Shown here: positions 1 to 9,516 of the stretch, one piece after another | Layout of the letters: the number at the start of each line of letters is the position of its first letter | Position numbering within the stretch: the first letter of the stretch is position 1 | NCBI GenBank assembly: GCA_035937595.1 | Contig: DASZHS010000001.1 | Coordinates: 1,800-65,799, forward strand | From: Acidimicrobiales bacterium | GTDB taxonomy: Bacteria; Actinomycetota; Acidimicrobiia; Acidimicrobiales; RAAP-2 | DNA: 64,000 nt | Direction of reading: 5' to 3' | The notes under the pieces: model-generated | Seen by the model: only the letters and a program-made list of their open reading frames with translations | The model's database searches: none | What the model was told of the DNA's origin: nothing | Translations under genes and position numbers: made by a program

Positions 1-783
1 GCAGAGCAGCTCGACGGCGGGCAGTGCGAGGTCGCGACGCAGCAGCGCGACGGCCGCGCTGGTCGCTGCGGAGGGGGCAGCGGCGGCGAGGGTGCTCCCC
101 TGGACGTCGATCGTCACGGGCACGATGGGATGCCGGGCGATCGCTTGGAGCGCGGGGACCGCGCCCGCGAGCCCCGCCGCGCCGCCCGCGATCCGGAGCA
201 TCCACGCCACGTGAAGGGGGGCGGCCGCGCGGGCCGTCGCGAACGTCACGAGCGTGTCGATCGTGGCCGACGTCCCGCCGCCGGTGACCGTCACGCGGAG
301 GGGGTAGACGCCGTCGGCGCCCCCCGGACCGAGCCGCAGGACCGGTGCGGTCGCACCGCACAGCGCCCGGTGCGCGACCGCCGTCCCGTCCGGCGCGACC
401 GGGACCCCGAGCTGCAGCACGGTGCCGTGGGCGACGCAGCTGGCCGGGAGGAGCCCGGTGGTGGACACCGGGCCGGACGGCCCCTGCGGCGAGATCGCCT
501 GGAGCACCGCCGAGCGCGACGTCATCCTCGAGAAGAGCGTGAGCTGCACCGTCGCGCCGGGCGCGAGCGCGGGACCCGACCTCGTGAGGGTGACGACGAT
601 CGGCTGTCCCGCGCGCGTGACCGTCGGCGTCACGTGCAGGAGGCGCACGAGCGGTGGCGTGGCCTGGGCGTCCGCGCGGCCGTTCACCGCGGCGACGGCG
701 ACGAGCGAGCACAGCACGACGACCCCCAACATTGTCCGCGCGCGCGTGCGAGCGTGGCACCGCACCCGCGCGCACGAGGCCAT
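1..783 (-). CDS. secreted hypothetical protein, N-terminal part only (the gene runs off the left edge)
   Basis: Hand translation of the minus strand from ATG at 783 stays open for all 261 codons down to position 1. An alternative ATG at 732 gives MLGVVVLCSLVAVAAVNGRADA, which is signal-peptide-like. Composition is Ala/Val/Thr/Leu-rich. It is absent from the ORF track because there is no stop in the window. It is divergent from cca. Confidence 0.55.
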   Translation of the reverse strand, partial: MASCARVRCHARTRARTMLGVVVLCSLVAVAAVNGRADAQATPPLVRLLHVTPTVTRAGQPIVVTLTRSGPALAPGATVQLTLFSRMTSRSAVLQAISPQGPSGPVSTTGLLPASCVAHGTVLQLGVPVAPDGTAVAHRALCGATAPVLRLGPGGADGVYPLRVTVTGGGTSATIDTLVTFATARAAAPLHVAWMLRIAGGAAGLAGAVPALQAIARHPIVPVTIDVQGSTLAAAAPSAATSAAVALLRRDLALPAVELLC

Positions 784-799
784 GGCCGAAGGTTAGAAG

Positions 800-2230
800 G
801 TGCCTTCGTGCTCACCGGGGCGCGGTACCCTCGCCGGAGTGGCCGCGCCGGGGGTTCCACCGCGCCTGCGGTCGCTGCTCGCGGCCGCCGCCCCGCTCGC
901 CGAGGCGTTCGCGCGTGCCGGGTTCCACGTGTACCTCGTCGGCGGCTCCGTGCGCGACGCGCTCGTCGGCGACGTCGACCTCGGCGCGATCGACCTCGAC
1001 CTCACGACCGACGCGCGCCCGGACGACGTGCTCGCACTCGTGCGTGGTGTCGCCGACCAGGTCTGGGAGCAGGGGCGGGCGTTCGGGACGATCGGGGTAC
1101 GACACGACGGGCGGACGTTCGAGATCACCACCCACCGCGCCGAGATCTACCGCGCCGACTCGCGCAAGCCCACGGTCACCTTCGGCGACGACGTCGAGGT
1201 CGACCTGTCCCGCCGCGACTTCACCATCAACGCGATGGCGCTCGATCTCGCCTCCCTGCGGCTCATCGACCCCTTCGGGGGCGCCGCGGACCTCGCCCAG
1301 CGCCGGCTCGCGACCCCGCTCGATCCCGAGGTGTCCTTCGGCGACGACCCGCTGCGCATGCTCCGCGCAGCGCGCTTCCTCGCCCGCTTCGAGCTGGTCG
1401 CCGACGACGCCCTGGTGAAGGCCGCGACCGACCTCGCGCCGCGCCTCGCGATCGTCTCGGCCGAGCGCATCCGCGACGAGCTCGACCGCATCGTGGTCCT
1501 CGAGGTGCCGTCGGTCGCCCTCTGGTTCCTCGTGCGCACCGGGCTCGCCGCACACTTCCTCCCCGAGCTCGAGGCGCTCGCGCTCGAGCAGGACCCGATC
1601 CACCGGCACAAGGACGTCCTCGCGCACACGCTCGCCGTCGTCGACAAGACCTCGCGCGACCGGCTGCTGCGCCTCGCCGCGCTCTTCCACGACGTCGGCA
1701 AGCCGAAGACGCGAGCGATCGGTCCTGACGGGGTGAGCTTCCACCACCACGAGGTCGTGGGCGCGCGGATGACGCGGGCGCGCATGGAGCAGCTGCGCTA
1801 CCCCACCGAGGACGTGGACACCGTCGCACGGCTCGTCGAGCTGCACCTGCGCTTCCACACCTACAAGATGGGCTGGACGGACCGCGCGATCCGCCGCTAC
1901 GTCCGCGACGCCGGCGAGCACCTCGCGCGCCTCAACGAGCTCACCCGGTGCGACTGCACGACCCGGAACGCTCGGCGCGCCCGGGAGCTCGCCGCGCGGA
2001 TGGACGACCTCGAAGCGAGGATCGCCGAGCTGCGCGAGCGCGAGGCGCTGGACGCGATGCGCCCCGAGCTCGACGGCGTGGCCGTGATGGCTCGCCTCGG
2101 CATCCCGCCGGGGCGCGAGGTCGGCGAGGCGCTCGCGTTCCTCCTCGAGCTGCGCCTCGACGAGGGCCTGCTCGGCGAGGAGGAGGCCGGGCGCCGCCTC
2201 GATGCCTGGTGGGCTGCCTCGCACCGGTAG
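800..2230 (+). CDS. cca: CCA tRNA nucleotidyltransferase (poly(A) polymerase/CCA-adding family with HD domain)
   Basis: 476-aa ORF. It has the nucleotidyltransferase motif YLVGGSVRDALVG..DLDLTT and an RRDFTINAMA motif. It also has the HD-domain motif FHDVGKP..HHHEVVGA. Confidence 0.9.
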   Translation: MPSCSPGRGTLAGVAAPGVPPRLRSLLAAAAPLAEAFARAGFHVYLVGGSVRDALVGDVDLGAIDLDLTTDARPDDVLALVRGVADQVWEQGRAFGTIGVRHDGRTFEITTHRAEIYRADSRKPTVTFGDDVEVDLSRRDFTINAMALDLASLRLIDPFGGAADLAQRRLATPLDPEVSFGDDPLRMLRAARFLARFELVADDALVKAATDLAPRLAIVSAERIRDELDRIVVLEVPSVALWFLVRTGLAAHFLPELEALALEQDPIHRHKDVLAHTLAVVDKTSRDRLLRLAALFHDVGKPKTRAIGPDGVSFHHHEVVGARMTRARMEQLRYPTEDVDTVARLVELHLRFHTYKMGWTDRAIRRYVRDAGEHLARLNELTRCDCTTRNARRARELAARMDDLEARIAELREREALDAMRPELDGVAVMARLGIPPGREVGEALAFLLELRLDEGLLGEEEAGRRLDAWWAASHR

Positions 2231-2273
2231 CCCTCGGTCACCAGCGGCTGCAGGACGCACCGGAGATCTGCCC

Positions 2274-2313
2274 TTGCATCCGGCGCCCCTACGCCATAGA
2301 ATACGCAGTATGG
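2274..2313 (+). promoter_or_regulatory. candidate sigma-70-type promoter with overlapping PadR-type operator
   Basis: TTGCAT (2274-2279), a 17-nt spacer, then TAGAAT (2297-2302). The inverted repeat CCATA-N10-TATGG (2294-2313) overlaps the -10 and lies 17 nt upstream of the PadR start. Confidence 0.45.
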
Positions 2314-2329
2314 TACGAGGTGAGCGGCG

Positions 2330-2917
2330 ATGAGCGTCCGGCACTCCCTGCTGGCGCTGCTGAGTTCTGGCCCCAAGTACGGCATGCAGCTGCGCAACGA
2401 GTTCGAGCTGCGGACGGGCGACGTCTGGCCGCTCAACGTCGGCCAGGTGTACGCGACCCTCCAGCGCCTGGAGCGCGACGGGCTCGTCGCCTCGAGCGAC
2501 GACGTCGAGCCAGGTCCCCAGAAGGACTACCGGATCACCGAGCGCGGGGAGCAGGAGCTCGCCACCTGGCTCACGACCCCGCCGGACCTCTCCGCGCCGC
2601 CGCGCGACGAGATCGTGATGAAGGTGATGGTCGCCGCCTCGGTGCGGGGCGTGGAGGTCGCCGAGGTCATCCAGCTGCACCGCCGGTACATGGTCGAGCT
2701 CATGCAGGAGTGGACCAGGCTGAAGTCCCACGACGGCGGGGACGACCTCAACTTCGCCCTCGTCGTCGACGCCGAGCTCTTCCGGCTCGACGCGATGATC
2801 CGGTGGCTCGACGCCGCCGATGGACGGTTCGCGCGGGCCGCGCGCGACGACGACCTGAAGGACGACGATCTCGAGCCGTCCTTCCCGATGCCGAGACGGC
2901 AGGGGGTGCGCAGATGA
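2330..2917 (+). CDS. PadR family transcriptional regulator
   Basis: The N-terminus LLALLSSGPKYGMQLRNEF...GQVYATLQRLERDGLV is the canonical PadR winged helix. Its stop overlaps the next start (ATGA at 2914). Confidence 0.9.
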   Translation: MSVRHSLLALLSSGPKYGMQLRNEFELRTGDVWPLNVGQVYATLQRLERDGLVASSDDVEPGPQKDYRITERGEQELATWLTTPPDLSAPPRDEIVMKVMVAASVRGVEVAEVIQLHRRYMVELMQEWTRLKSHDGGDDLNFALVVDAELFRLDAMIRWLDAADGRFARAARDDDLKDDDLEPSFPMPRRQGVRR

Positions 2918-3633
2918 GCGCGTTGGAGCTGCACGAGGTGTTCAAGACCTTCGGGGACGGGCCGGCCGCGGTGCACGCGCTGCGCGACGTGTCCCTGTTC
3001 GTGGACGAGGGCGAGCTGGTGGCGGTCATGGGCCCGTCCGGCTCGGGCAAGACGACGCTGCTCACGATCGCGGGCGGGCTCGAGGACCCGACCAGCGGTG
3101 AGGTGGTCGTCGCGGGCGAGCCCCTGTCGCGGCTCTCGCGCGGGCGCAAGTCGGCGCTGCGGCGTCGTTCGGTCGGCTACGTCTTCCAGGACTACAACCT
3201 CTTGGCCGGGCTCTCCGCCATCGAGAACGTGTCGCTCCCCCTCGAGCTCGACGGGACTCCCGCGCGCCGCGCGCAGGCACTCGCGCTCGAGGCGATGGAG
3301 GCGTTCGACGTGGGGGACAAGGGGCACAAGTTCCCCGACGAGCTGTCGGGCGGCGAGCGCCAGCGCGTCGCGATCGCCCGCGCGACGGTCGGTGATCGCC
3401 GCCTGCTGCTGGCGGACGAGCCGTCCGGTGCGCTCGACTCGGTCAACGCCGAGGGCGTGATGCGCACCATCCACGCGGCCTGCCAGCGCGGCGTCGCCGC
3501 GGTCGTGGTGACCCACGACGCGAAGCTCGCCTCGTGGGCCGACCGCGTCGTGTTCATCCGCGACGGCAAGCTCACCGACCAGACGCGGCCCCCGGCGACG
3601 CCCGAGGCCGTGGTCCTCAACGAGGCGCGGTGA
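2914..3633 (+). CDS. ABC transporter ATP-binding protein (MacB/LolD-like)
   Basis: Internal ATG at 2914, in frame in ORF 1948..3633. Walker A GPSGSGKTT, signature LSGGERQR, Walker B LLLADEPSGALD. Confidence 0.93.
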   Translation: MSALELHEVFKTFGDGPAAVHALRDVSLFVDEGELVAVMGPSGSGKTTLLTIAGGLEDPTSGEVVVAGEPLSRLSRGRKSALRRRSVGYVFQDYNLLAGLSAIENVSLPLELDGTPARRAQALALEAMEAFDVGDKGHKFPDELSGGERQRVAIARATVGDRRLLLADEPSGALDSVNAEGVMRTIHAACQRGVAAVVVTHDAKLASWADRVVFIRDGKLTDQTRPPATPEAVVLNEAR

Positions 3634-6179
3634 CGACCGCCTCGGCGCACGCGCACGACGGCGGCCTGCCCGCGCGGCGCGCGGTGCTGCGCTGGTCGCT
3701 CCGGCTCTACCGCCGTGAGTGGCGCCAGCAGGTGCTCATCTGCGTGCTCATCGCCGCGGCCGTCGCCGCGACGATCCTCGCCGCCGGGCTCGTGACCGGG
3801 TCCCGGGTGCCCGCGAATGCCGGGTTCGGGACGGCGAACCAGCAGGTCCAGCTCGCCGGGTTCGACCCGCACCTCGATGCCGAGGTCGCCTCGCTGCACC
3901 GCCACTTCGGGCCGATCGCCGTGATCTCGTCGACGCCGCTCACGACCGGCACCGTCCAGGGCGCGCTCGTCGAGGCCTTCGACCCGCACGGCCCGTTCGT
4001 CGGCCCGCTCGTGCAGCTGGCCGACGGGCGCTACCCGACGTCGCGTCGCGAGGTCGCGCTCACGAGCCAGCTCGCCCAGCTCTACAACGTGCACGTCGGC
4101 GGCACTTGGCGTGCCCTCGGGACGCGCTGGCGGGTGGTCGGCGAGGTGCAGAACCCGACCGACCTGCACGCCTCGATGGCCCTCGTCGTGCCGGGGGCGA
4201 TCACCCGGCCCGCCAGCGTGACGGTCCTCTTCGACGCGACCGGCGACCAGCTCGCGAGCTTCCGACCGCCGAAGGCGTACTACGACACGCTCATCTCCTC
4301 GATCCAGCCGCTGCCGGCGCCGACGTTCGACGTCGGGGCGTTCATCGTGCTCGTCGCCGGGACGTTCGGGATGCTCTTCATCGGCCTCATCGCGGTGGCC
4401 GGCTTCACCGTGATGGGTCGGCGCCGGACCCGGGCGATCGGCATGCTCGGCGCGCTCGGCGCCGCCGAGTCCAAGGTCCGGTTGGTCCTGCTCATGAACG
4501 GCCTCGTCGTCGGGTTCCTCGCCATGGTCCTCGGCGGGACGGTGGGGCTCGCCGCCTGGTGGTGGTACGCGCCGCACCAGCAGGCGAGCGTGGGCCACGT
4601 CGTCGACCCCGCCTCGATCCCGTGGTGGCTCGTCATCACCGCGCTCGTGCTCGCCCCGGTCACCGCGACGCTGGCGGCGTGGCGGCCCGCGCGGGCCCTC
4701 GCCCGGATGCCGGTCGTCGCCGCCCTGTCCGGGCGTCCCAACGAGCCGCACGCATCGAGGCGCAACGCGGCCATCGGCGCGGCCATCCTCGGCGGCGGCG
4801 TGCTGCTCACGTTCGCGGGCTCGGGCAAGGCCGGCGGTGGCAGCGGCAGCGGTGCGGGCGTGCTGACGGTCCTGCTCGGCATCGTGCTCGCGTGCCTCGG
4901 GCTCTTCTTGGTCTCGCAGTGGATCGTCGCGCAGCTCGGCCGCGTGGCCGCGCACGCGCCGCTGTCGGCGCGGATCGCGCTGCGCGACCTCGCGCGGTAC
5001 CGATCGCGCTCGGGGGCCGCCCTCGGGGCGATCTGCCTTGCCATCGTGATGACGGGCGTCGTCGTCGTGGCGTCGACCGCGCGCTACTCGGACCCGTTCG
5101 ACTACGTCGGCCCGAACCTCGCGAGCAACGTTGTCCAGGTGTACCCGCCGCTCGCGGGCGGCACCGAGGTCACCCAGCCGTGCGGCACGGGGTACTGCAC
5201 CCACAAGACCGGCCCGGTGCCGCACCTCCGCGCGACCTTCCGCGCCGCGTCGAAGCGGATCGCGGTCGCCATCGGCGCGACGAGCTCGCTGACGCTCTAC
5301 CAGGCCGACGCGAGCCTGGTCCGCACGTCGGGCGGTCGGCAGTTCACGGGCCAGGTGTACGTGGCCACGCCGGCGCTCCTGGCGCACTACGGCATCCCTC
5401 AGAGCTCGATCGACCCGAGGGCGCTCGTGCTCTCGTCGCGACCGACGCTGCCGGGCACGAGCGGCCTCGCCCTCACCTACGGCTCGGGCAGTCCGCAGGG
5501 CGGCCCAGGCCAGACCGGCCCGGCCCAGACCGGCCCGTGCCCGCCCGGCTACTGCGTCCCCGACCCGTTCGTCCAGGCGGAGTCCCGGCTGCCGACCGGG
5601 ACGTCGGCGGCGAACACGGTCCTGACGATGCACGCAGTCCGCTCCCTGCACCTCACGCTCTCGAGCCCGCAGGCCATCGTGCTCACGACCGCGGCGCCGT
5701 TGTCCACGCAGCAGAAGAACGCCGCGCTCGTCATCGCCAACGGCACCGGCGCCTCGATCGAGACCGCGTCGTCGTTCGCGTCGCTCAACCAGGTGCTCGG
5801 GTGGGCCCTCGTGCTCGGGCTGCTCGTCGCCCTCGGCGTGCTCGCGATGACCGTCGGGCTCATCCGGGCCGAGACGGCCTCCGAGCTGCGCGTGCTCACC
5901 GCGGCCGGCGCCGCCCGGCGGACGCGCCGTGCCCTCACGAGCGTGACCGCCGGCGCCCTCGGCTTCGTTGGCGCCGTGCTCGGGGTCGTGACGGCCTACC
6001 TGCTCGTCGGCGCGTTCCTGGCGAACAACTTCTCGGACAACCTCGCCGAGCTCACGACCAACCCGCCTTTGCGGCCGATCGGCGTGCTCGTGCTCGGGCT
6101 GCCGCTGCTCGCCGCTGTCGGCGGCTGGCTGTTCAGCGCGCGGGAGCCCGCGGCGATCGGTCGCCAGCCGCTCGAGTGA
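3630..6179 (+). CDS. FtsX-like ABC transporter permease (double FtsX module, about 849 aa)
   Basis: GTG at 3630 overlaps the ATPase stop (GTGA). There are two hydrophobic 4-TM blocks, each preceded by a large extracytoplasmic segment, as is typical of actinobacterial MacB-type permeases. Confidence 0.85.
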   Translation: MTTASAHAHDGGLPARRAVLRWSLRLYRREWRQQVLICVLIAAAVAATILAAGLVTGSRVPANAGFGTANQQVQLAGFDPHLDAEVASLHRHFGPIAVISSTPLTTGTVQGALVEAFDPHGPFVGPLVQLADGRYPTSRREVALTSQLAQLYNVHVGGTWRALGTRWRVVGEVQNPTDLHASMALVVPGAITRPASVTVLFDATGDQLASFRPPKAYYDTLISSIQPLPAPTFDVGAFIVLVAGTFGMLFIGLIAVAGFTVMGRRRTRAIGMLGALGAAESKVRLVLLMNGLVVGFLAMVLGGTVGLAAWWWYAPHQQASVGHVVDPASIPWWLVITALVLAPVTATLAAWRPARALARMPVVAALSGRPNEPHASRRNAAIGAAILGGGVLLTFAGSGKAGGGSGSGAGVLTVLLGIVLACLGLFLVSQWIVAQLGRVAAHAPLSARIALRDLARYRSRSGAALGAICLAIVMTGVVVVASTARYSDPFDYVGPNLASNVVQVYPPLAGGTEVTQPCGTGYCTHKTGPVPHLRATFRAASKRIAVAIGATSSLTLYQADASLVRTSGGRQFTGQVYVATPALLAHYGIPQSSIDPRALVLSSRPTLPGTSGLALTYGSGSPQGGPGQTGPAQTGPCPPGYCVPDPFVQAESRLPTGTSAANTVLTMHAVRSLHLTLSSPQAIVLTTAAPLSTQQKNAALVIANGTGASIETASSFASLNQVLGWALVLGLLVALGVLAMTVGLIRAETASELRVLTAAGAARRTRRALTSVTAGALGFVGAVLGVVTAYLLVGAFLANNFSDNLAELTTNPPLRPIGVLVLGLPLLAAVGGWLFSAREPAAIGRQPLE

Positions 6180-6624
6180 GCACGGGTCGGTCGCGTCCCG
6201 CGCCGGCGGCCCGCCGCGCCGGGCGCTGCTCGAGCCGCCAGACGAGCTTCAGCCCCGACCAGTCCTCGTCGAGCATGGCCACCTTCACGTCGACGAGCCC
6301 GAGCGGCAGCAGCGTGTCGCGCACGGCCTGCTCGCAGAGGTCGCTCGTGTGCCCGGCGGCCTTGCGGGGCCACGCGACCCACACCATCCCGTCGGGCGTG
6401 ATGGCGTCGCCGAGCGCGCGCGCGTCGCGGCGCAGCGCCGCGAGCGTGGTGAAGAACGCGACGACGACGTCCGACGGCGTGCGGGAGAGCCGGCGGGTGA
6501 CCGACGCCGCCACGCCGAGCCCCTCGGTCGTCCAGCCCGCGGGCGCGGACCGCACCGCGAGCCGATCGCCGTCGCGCACGCCGACCTTGCGCCAGGTCGC
6601 GGCCGGCGGGTGCAACGTCGCCAC
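6133..6624 (-). CDS. DUF3052-like hypothetical protein
   Basis: 163-aa ORF with a GTG start directly abutting the stop of the upstream gene (6625). The motif ...MVWVAWPKK..GHTSDL..VKV from conserved actinobacterial DUF3052 proteins is recalled from memory. The 3' end overlaps the convergent permease by about 47 nt. Confidence 0.65.
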   Translation of the reverse strand: MATLHPPAATWRKVGVRDGDRLAVRSAPAGWTTEGLGVAASVTRRLSRTPSDVVVAFFTTLAALRRDARALGDAITPDGMVWVAWPRKAAGHTSDLCEQAVRDTLLPLGLVDVKVAMLDEDWSGLKLVWRLEQRPARRAAGAGRDRPVLTRAAGDRSPRAPAR

Positions 6625-7428
6625 TCAGCGCGCGGCGAATGCGCGGCGCGCGACGTCGCGATCGAGCGCGCCGTCGTCGGGGTCGATCGCGCCCGTCGCG
6701 AGGAGCCGCTGCGCGGCCCGCCAGACGGCGCCGTAGGCGACGCTCGCGAGCCGTCCGCCGACCGACAGCCGCCGCACGCCTGCCCCCGCGAGCTCGTGGC
6801 CGCCCGGGCCGCCCGCGAGCAGCAGCACGTTGACGGGTGTGGCGGTCGCGGCCACGACCCTCGCGATCGACGCGAGGTCGACGAGGCCGGGCGCGTAGAC
6901 GCAGCCCGCGCCCGCGTCGCGGTAGGCGCAGAGCCGCCCGATCGTGTCATCGAGGTCGTCCACGCCGCGGAGGTGATTCTCGGCGCGAGCGGTCAGCACC
7001 AGCCCGCGCTCGCGGGCGACCGCCGCTGCCGCACTGACACGGTCGGTCGCGACGTCGAGCGGGACGAGGCGGCCGAGCGCGGGGTCCCAGTCCTCGATCG
7101 AGCAGCCGGCCGCTCCGGCGTCCGCCAGCGCGGCGACCGTCGCGGCGACGCCACCGGGGTCGTCGGGGTAGCACTGCTCGGCGTCCACGCTGACCGGCAG
7201 CGACGTCGCCGCGCACAGCGCCGCGACGTGCGCAACGAGCTCGTCGCGCGTCGTCGTCATGTCGAGCCGGCCCTGCGTCGCGGCGTAGCCGCTCGAGGTC
7301 GTGGCGATGGCCTCCGCACCGAGGTCCTCGAGCAGCCGTGCGGAGCCCGCGTCGAACGCGTTGGGCATCGTGAAGGTCCCCGCCTCGTGCAGGTGGCGGA
7401 AGCGGGCGCGGGCTCGGTCGTGGTCCAT
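6625..7428 (-). CDS. isocitrate lyase / PEP mutase family protein (short, about 267 aa)
   Basis: Internal ATG at 7428. The N-terminus FRHLHEAGTFTMPNAFDAGSARLLEDLGAEAIATTS and the GCSIEDW motif are typical of the ICL/PEPM TIM-barrel superfamily. No K(K/R)CGH isocitrate-lyase signature is seen. Confidence 0.8.
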   Translation of the reverse strand: MDHDRARARFRHLHEAGTFTMPNAFDAGSARLLEDLGAEAIATTSSGYAATQGRLDMTTTRDELVAHVAALCAATSLPVSVDAEQCYPDDPGGVAATVAALADAGAAGCSIEDWDPALGRLVPLDVATDRVSAAAAVARERGLVLTARAENHLRGVDDLDDTIGRLCAYRDAGAGCVYAPGLVDLASIARVVAATATPVNVLLLAGGPGGHELAGAGVRRLSVGGRLASVAYGAVWRAAQRLLATGAIDPDDGALDRDVARRAFAAR

Positions 7429-7499
7429 CCCGCGATGCTCGCCGACGCGCGGCTGGCGGACAAGCGGGAACCGGCCGCGGATGGCCGGCGCCCGGGGTG

Positions 7500-8579
7500 T
7501 CAGGCCGGGTCGCCCCTCGAGAACGCCTCGACCATCTCGAAGGCCACGTCGTCGTGGTACTGCACGGGCGGCGACTTCATGAAGTAGGCGCTCGGGCCGA
7601 CGAGTGGCCCACCGATCCCGCGGTCGAGCGCGGCCTTCGCGCAGCGCACCGCGTCGATGATGACGCCCGCCGAGTTGGGCGAGTCCCACACCTCGAGCTT
7701 GAGCTCGAGGCTGAGCGGCACGTCGCCGAAGTTGCGGCCCTCCATGCGGATGTAGGCCCACTTGCGGTCCTGCAGCCACGGCACGTGGTCCGAGGGCCCG
7801 ATGTGGATGTCGTCGGGGGCGAGCACCGTGTCCTCCATCTGGGAGGTGACCGCCTGGGTCTTGGACACCTTCTTCGACTCGAGCCGGTCGCGGTCGAGCA
7901 TGTTGCGGAAGTCCATGTTGCCGCCGACGTTGAGCTGGTAGGTGTGGTCGAGGGCGGTGCCCCGGTCCTCGAAGAGCCGCGTCAGCACGCGGTGCACGAT
8001 CGTCGACCCCACCTGGCTCTTGATGTCGTCGCCGACGATCGGGACCCCGGCGTCGGTGAAGCGCTTCGCCCACACCGGGTCCGAGGCGATGAACACGGGG
8101 ATGGCGTTCACGAAGGCGACCCCCGTCGCGAGCGCGGCCTCGGCGTAGTGGCGCTGGGCGGCCTCCGAGCCGACGGGCAGGAACGCGACGAGCACGTCGG
8201 CGCGGCTGTCGCGCAGGGCCTGGGCGACGTCGACGGGCTCGGCAGGGGACTCCTCGACGACCTCGCGGTAGTACTTCGACAGGCCGTCGAGCGTGGGCCC
8301 GCGCTGGACGGTCACGCCGACGTGGCCGACCTCGGCGAACCGGATGGTGTTGTTCTGCGACGAGAAGATGGCCTTGGACAGGTCCGTGCCGACCTTCGCG
8401 GCGTCGACGTCGAACGCGCAGACGAACTCGAGGTCGCGCACGTGGTAGCCGGCGAGCTCCACGTGCATGAGGCCGGGCACGACGTCGGCGGGGTCCGCGT
8501 CGTGGTAGTAGCGCACGCCCTGGATGAGCGAGCTCGCGCAGTTGCCGACGCCGGCGATCGCGACTCTGATCGTCCCCAT
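7500..8579 (-). CDS. ino1: inositol-3-phosphate synthase
   Basis: 359 aa. [25 protein letters not shown]... and the rest of the sequence match the actinobacterial Ino1 type. Confidence 0.93.
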   Translation of the reverse strand: MGTIRVAIAGVGNCASSLIQGVRYYHDADPADVVPGLMHVELAGYHVRDLEFVCAFDVDAAKVGTDLSKAIFSSQNNTIRFAEVGHVGVTVQRGPTLDGLSKYYREVVEESPAEPVDVAQALRDSRADVLVAFLPVGSEAAQRHYAEAALATGVAFVNAIPVFIASDPVWAKRFTDAGVPIVGDDIKSQVGSTIVHRVLTRLFEDRGTALDHTYQLNVGGNMDFRNMLDRDRLESKKVSKTQAVTSQMEDTVLAPDDIHIGPSDHVPWLQDRKWAYIRMEGRNFGDVPLSLELKLEVWDSPNSAGVIIDAVRCAKAALDRGIGGPLVGPSAYFMKSPPVQYHDDVAFEMVEAFSRGDPA

Positions 8580-8598
8580 CGAGTGCTCCTTTCGGCCC

Positions 8599-9261
8599 CT
8601 ACGGGGCGACGTCCGTCGTGATCGGGGCGCCCACGGGCGGCGCGCCCCCTCGCTCGGCCTCGACGAGGCCGTCGAGCCACGAGATGTCGAAGCGGACCCC
8701 CGCGGCGGCGTGCTCGACGACCGAGCGCGCGTAGGGGTCCAGCGTGTCCGCGCCCACGGCGCCCTCGAGCTCGGCGAGGCGGCGCTCGAGCACCGCGCGG
8801 CGGCGCTCGAGCAGCTCGAGGCGGGCGGCCGGGGGCAGGTGCCGCGCGAGGGCGAGGCGCAGCCCGAAGCTGCGCGGGTCGTCCTGGGGCGGGGACTCAG
8901 CGAGGAGCTTCTCGAACAGCTCGCCGCCCTTGGCGGTCAATCGGTAGACCTTGCGCGATCGCAGCCCGCGGCCGATCGTGGCGCGGCGGCCACGGGCCGC
9001 GGCGCGCTCGCCGGCGAGCGAGCCCGTCGAGGGCATCGAGGGGGCCGCGGCGGGCGCGTCGCTCACGATCTCGACCGCGCCCAGGCGCTCGAGCCGTGCG
9101 AGGGCGGGGTACAGCGAGCCGAACGAGACGTTGGTCACGAGCCCCAGCTCGTCGCGGAGCAGCCGGCGGATCTCGTAGCCGTGGCGGTCCTTCTCGCCCA
9201 GGAGGCCCAGGATCGCGAGGTCGAGCACCCCCGAACTATAGCAGTCCGATATATCGACCAT
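8599..9261 (-). CDS. PadR family transcriptional regulator (ino1-associated)
   Basis: [23 protein letters not shown]...[14 protein letters not shown]. The start is ATG at 9261 or, more likely, GTG at 9228 (leaderless; see the promoter feature). The gap to ino1 is 19 nt. Confidence 0.85.
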   Translation of the reverse strand: MVDISDCYSSGVLDLAILGLLGEKDRHGYEIRRLLRDELGLVTNVSFGSLYPALARLERLGAVEIVSDAPAAAPSMPSTGSLAGERAAARGRRATIGRGLRSRKVYRLTAKGGELFEKLLAESPPQDDPRSFGLRLALARHLPPAARLELLERRRAVLERRLAELEGAVGADTLDPYARSVVEHAAAGVRFDISWLDGLVEAERGGAPPVGAPITTDVAP

Positions 9262-9265
9262 CCAA
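9235..9265 (-). promoter_or_regulatory. candidate leaderless promoter plus palindromic operator for the PadR-ino1 operon
   Basis: On the minus strand: TTGGAT (9265-9260), a 19-nt spacer containing the perfect palindrome CGATATATCG (9247-9256), then TATAGT (9240-9235). An in-frame GTG at 9228 lies 7 nt downstream. Confidence 0.4.
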
Positions 9266-9516
9266 CGTTGACGCACCCGAGGTCCCGGGGCGCCCCTGCC
9301 CGTGCGTGTCGCCAGCGCCCCGGCGCGGTCGAGCCGTCGCCCATGGCAGCGGGCCGGCAGGGACGCGCCGGCCACCGACGGGTGACCGCCGGCCGGCGCG
9401 CCGTGCGAGCGAACGGGCGAGGGCAGCGTCGCGCGGGGCGCCGCAGCGGAAGGTGGAGGCGCGATGGCACACCGTGCGATCGACGAACGTCGGAGGCCAC
9501 CGCTAGCGTCACCGCG

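Noticed and set aside
3192-5651. Very long ORFs in the six-frame track. Examples are 3192..5651(-), 3719..6736(+), 812..2731(-), 32525..34054(-), 47523..50117(-), 49345..51543(-) and 62209..63903(-).
   Set aside because: All lie antisense to, or out of frame with, strongly recognisable genes. They have the extreme Arg/Pro/Gly/Ala composition expected from stop-poor alternative frames of roughly 70% GC DNA. They show no motifs, SD sequences or coupling logic.
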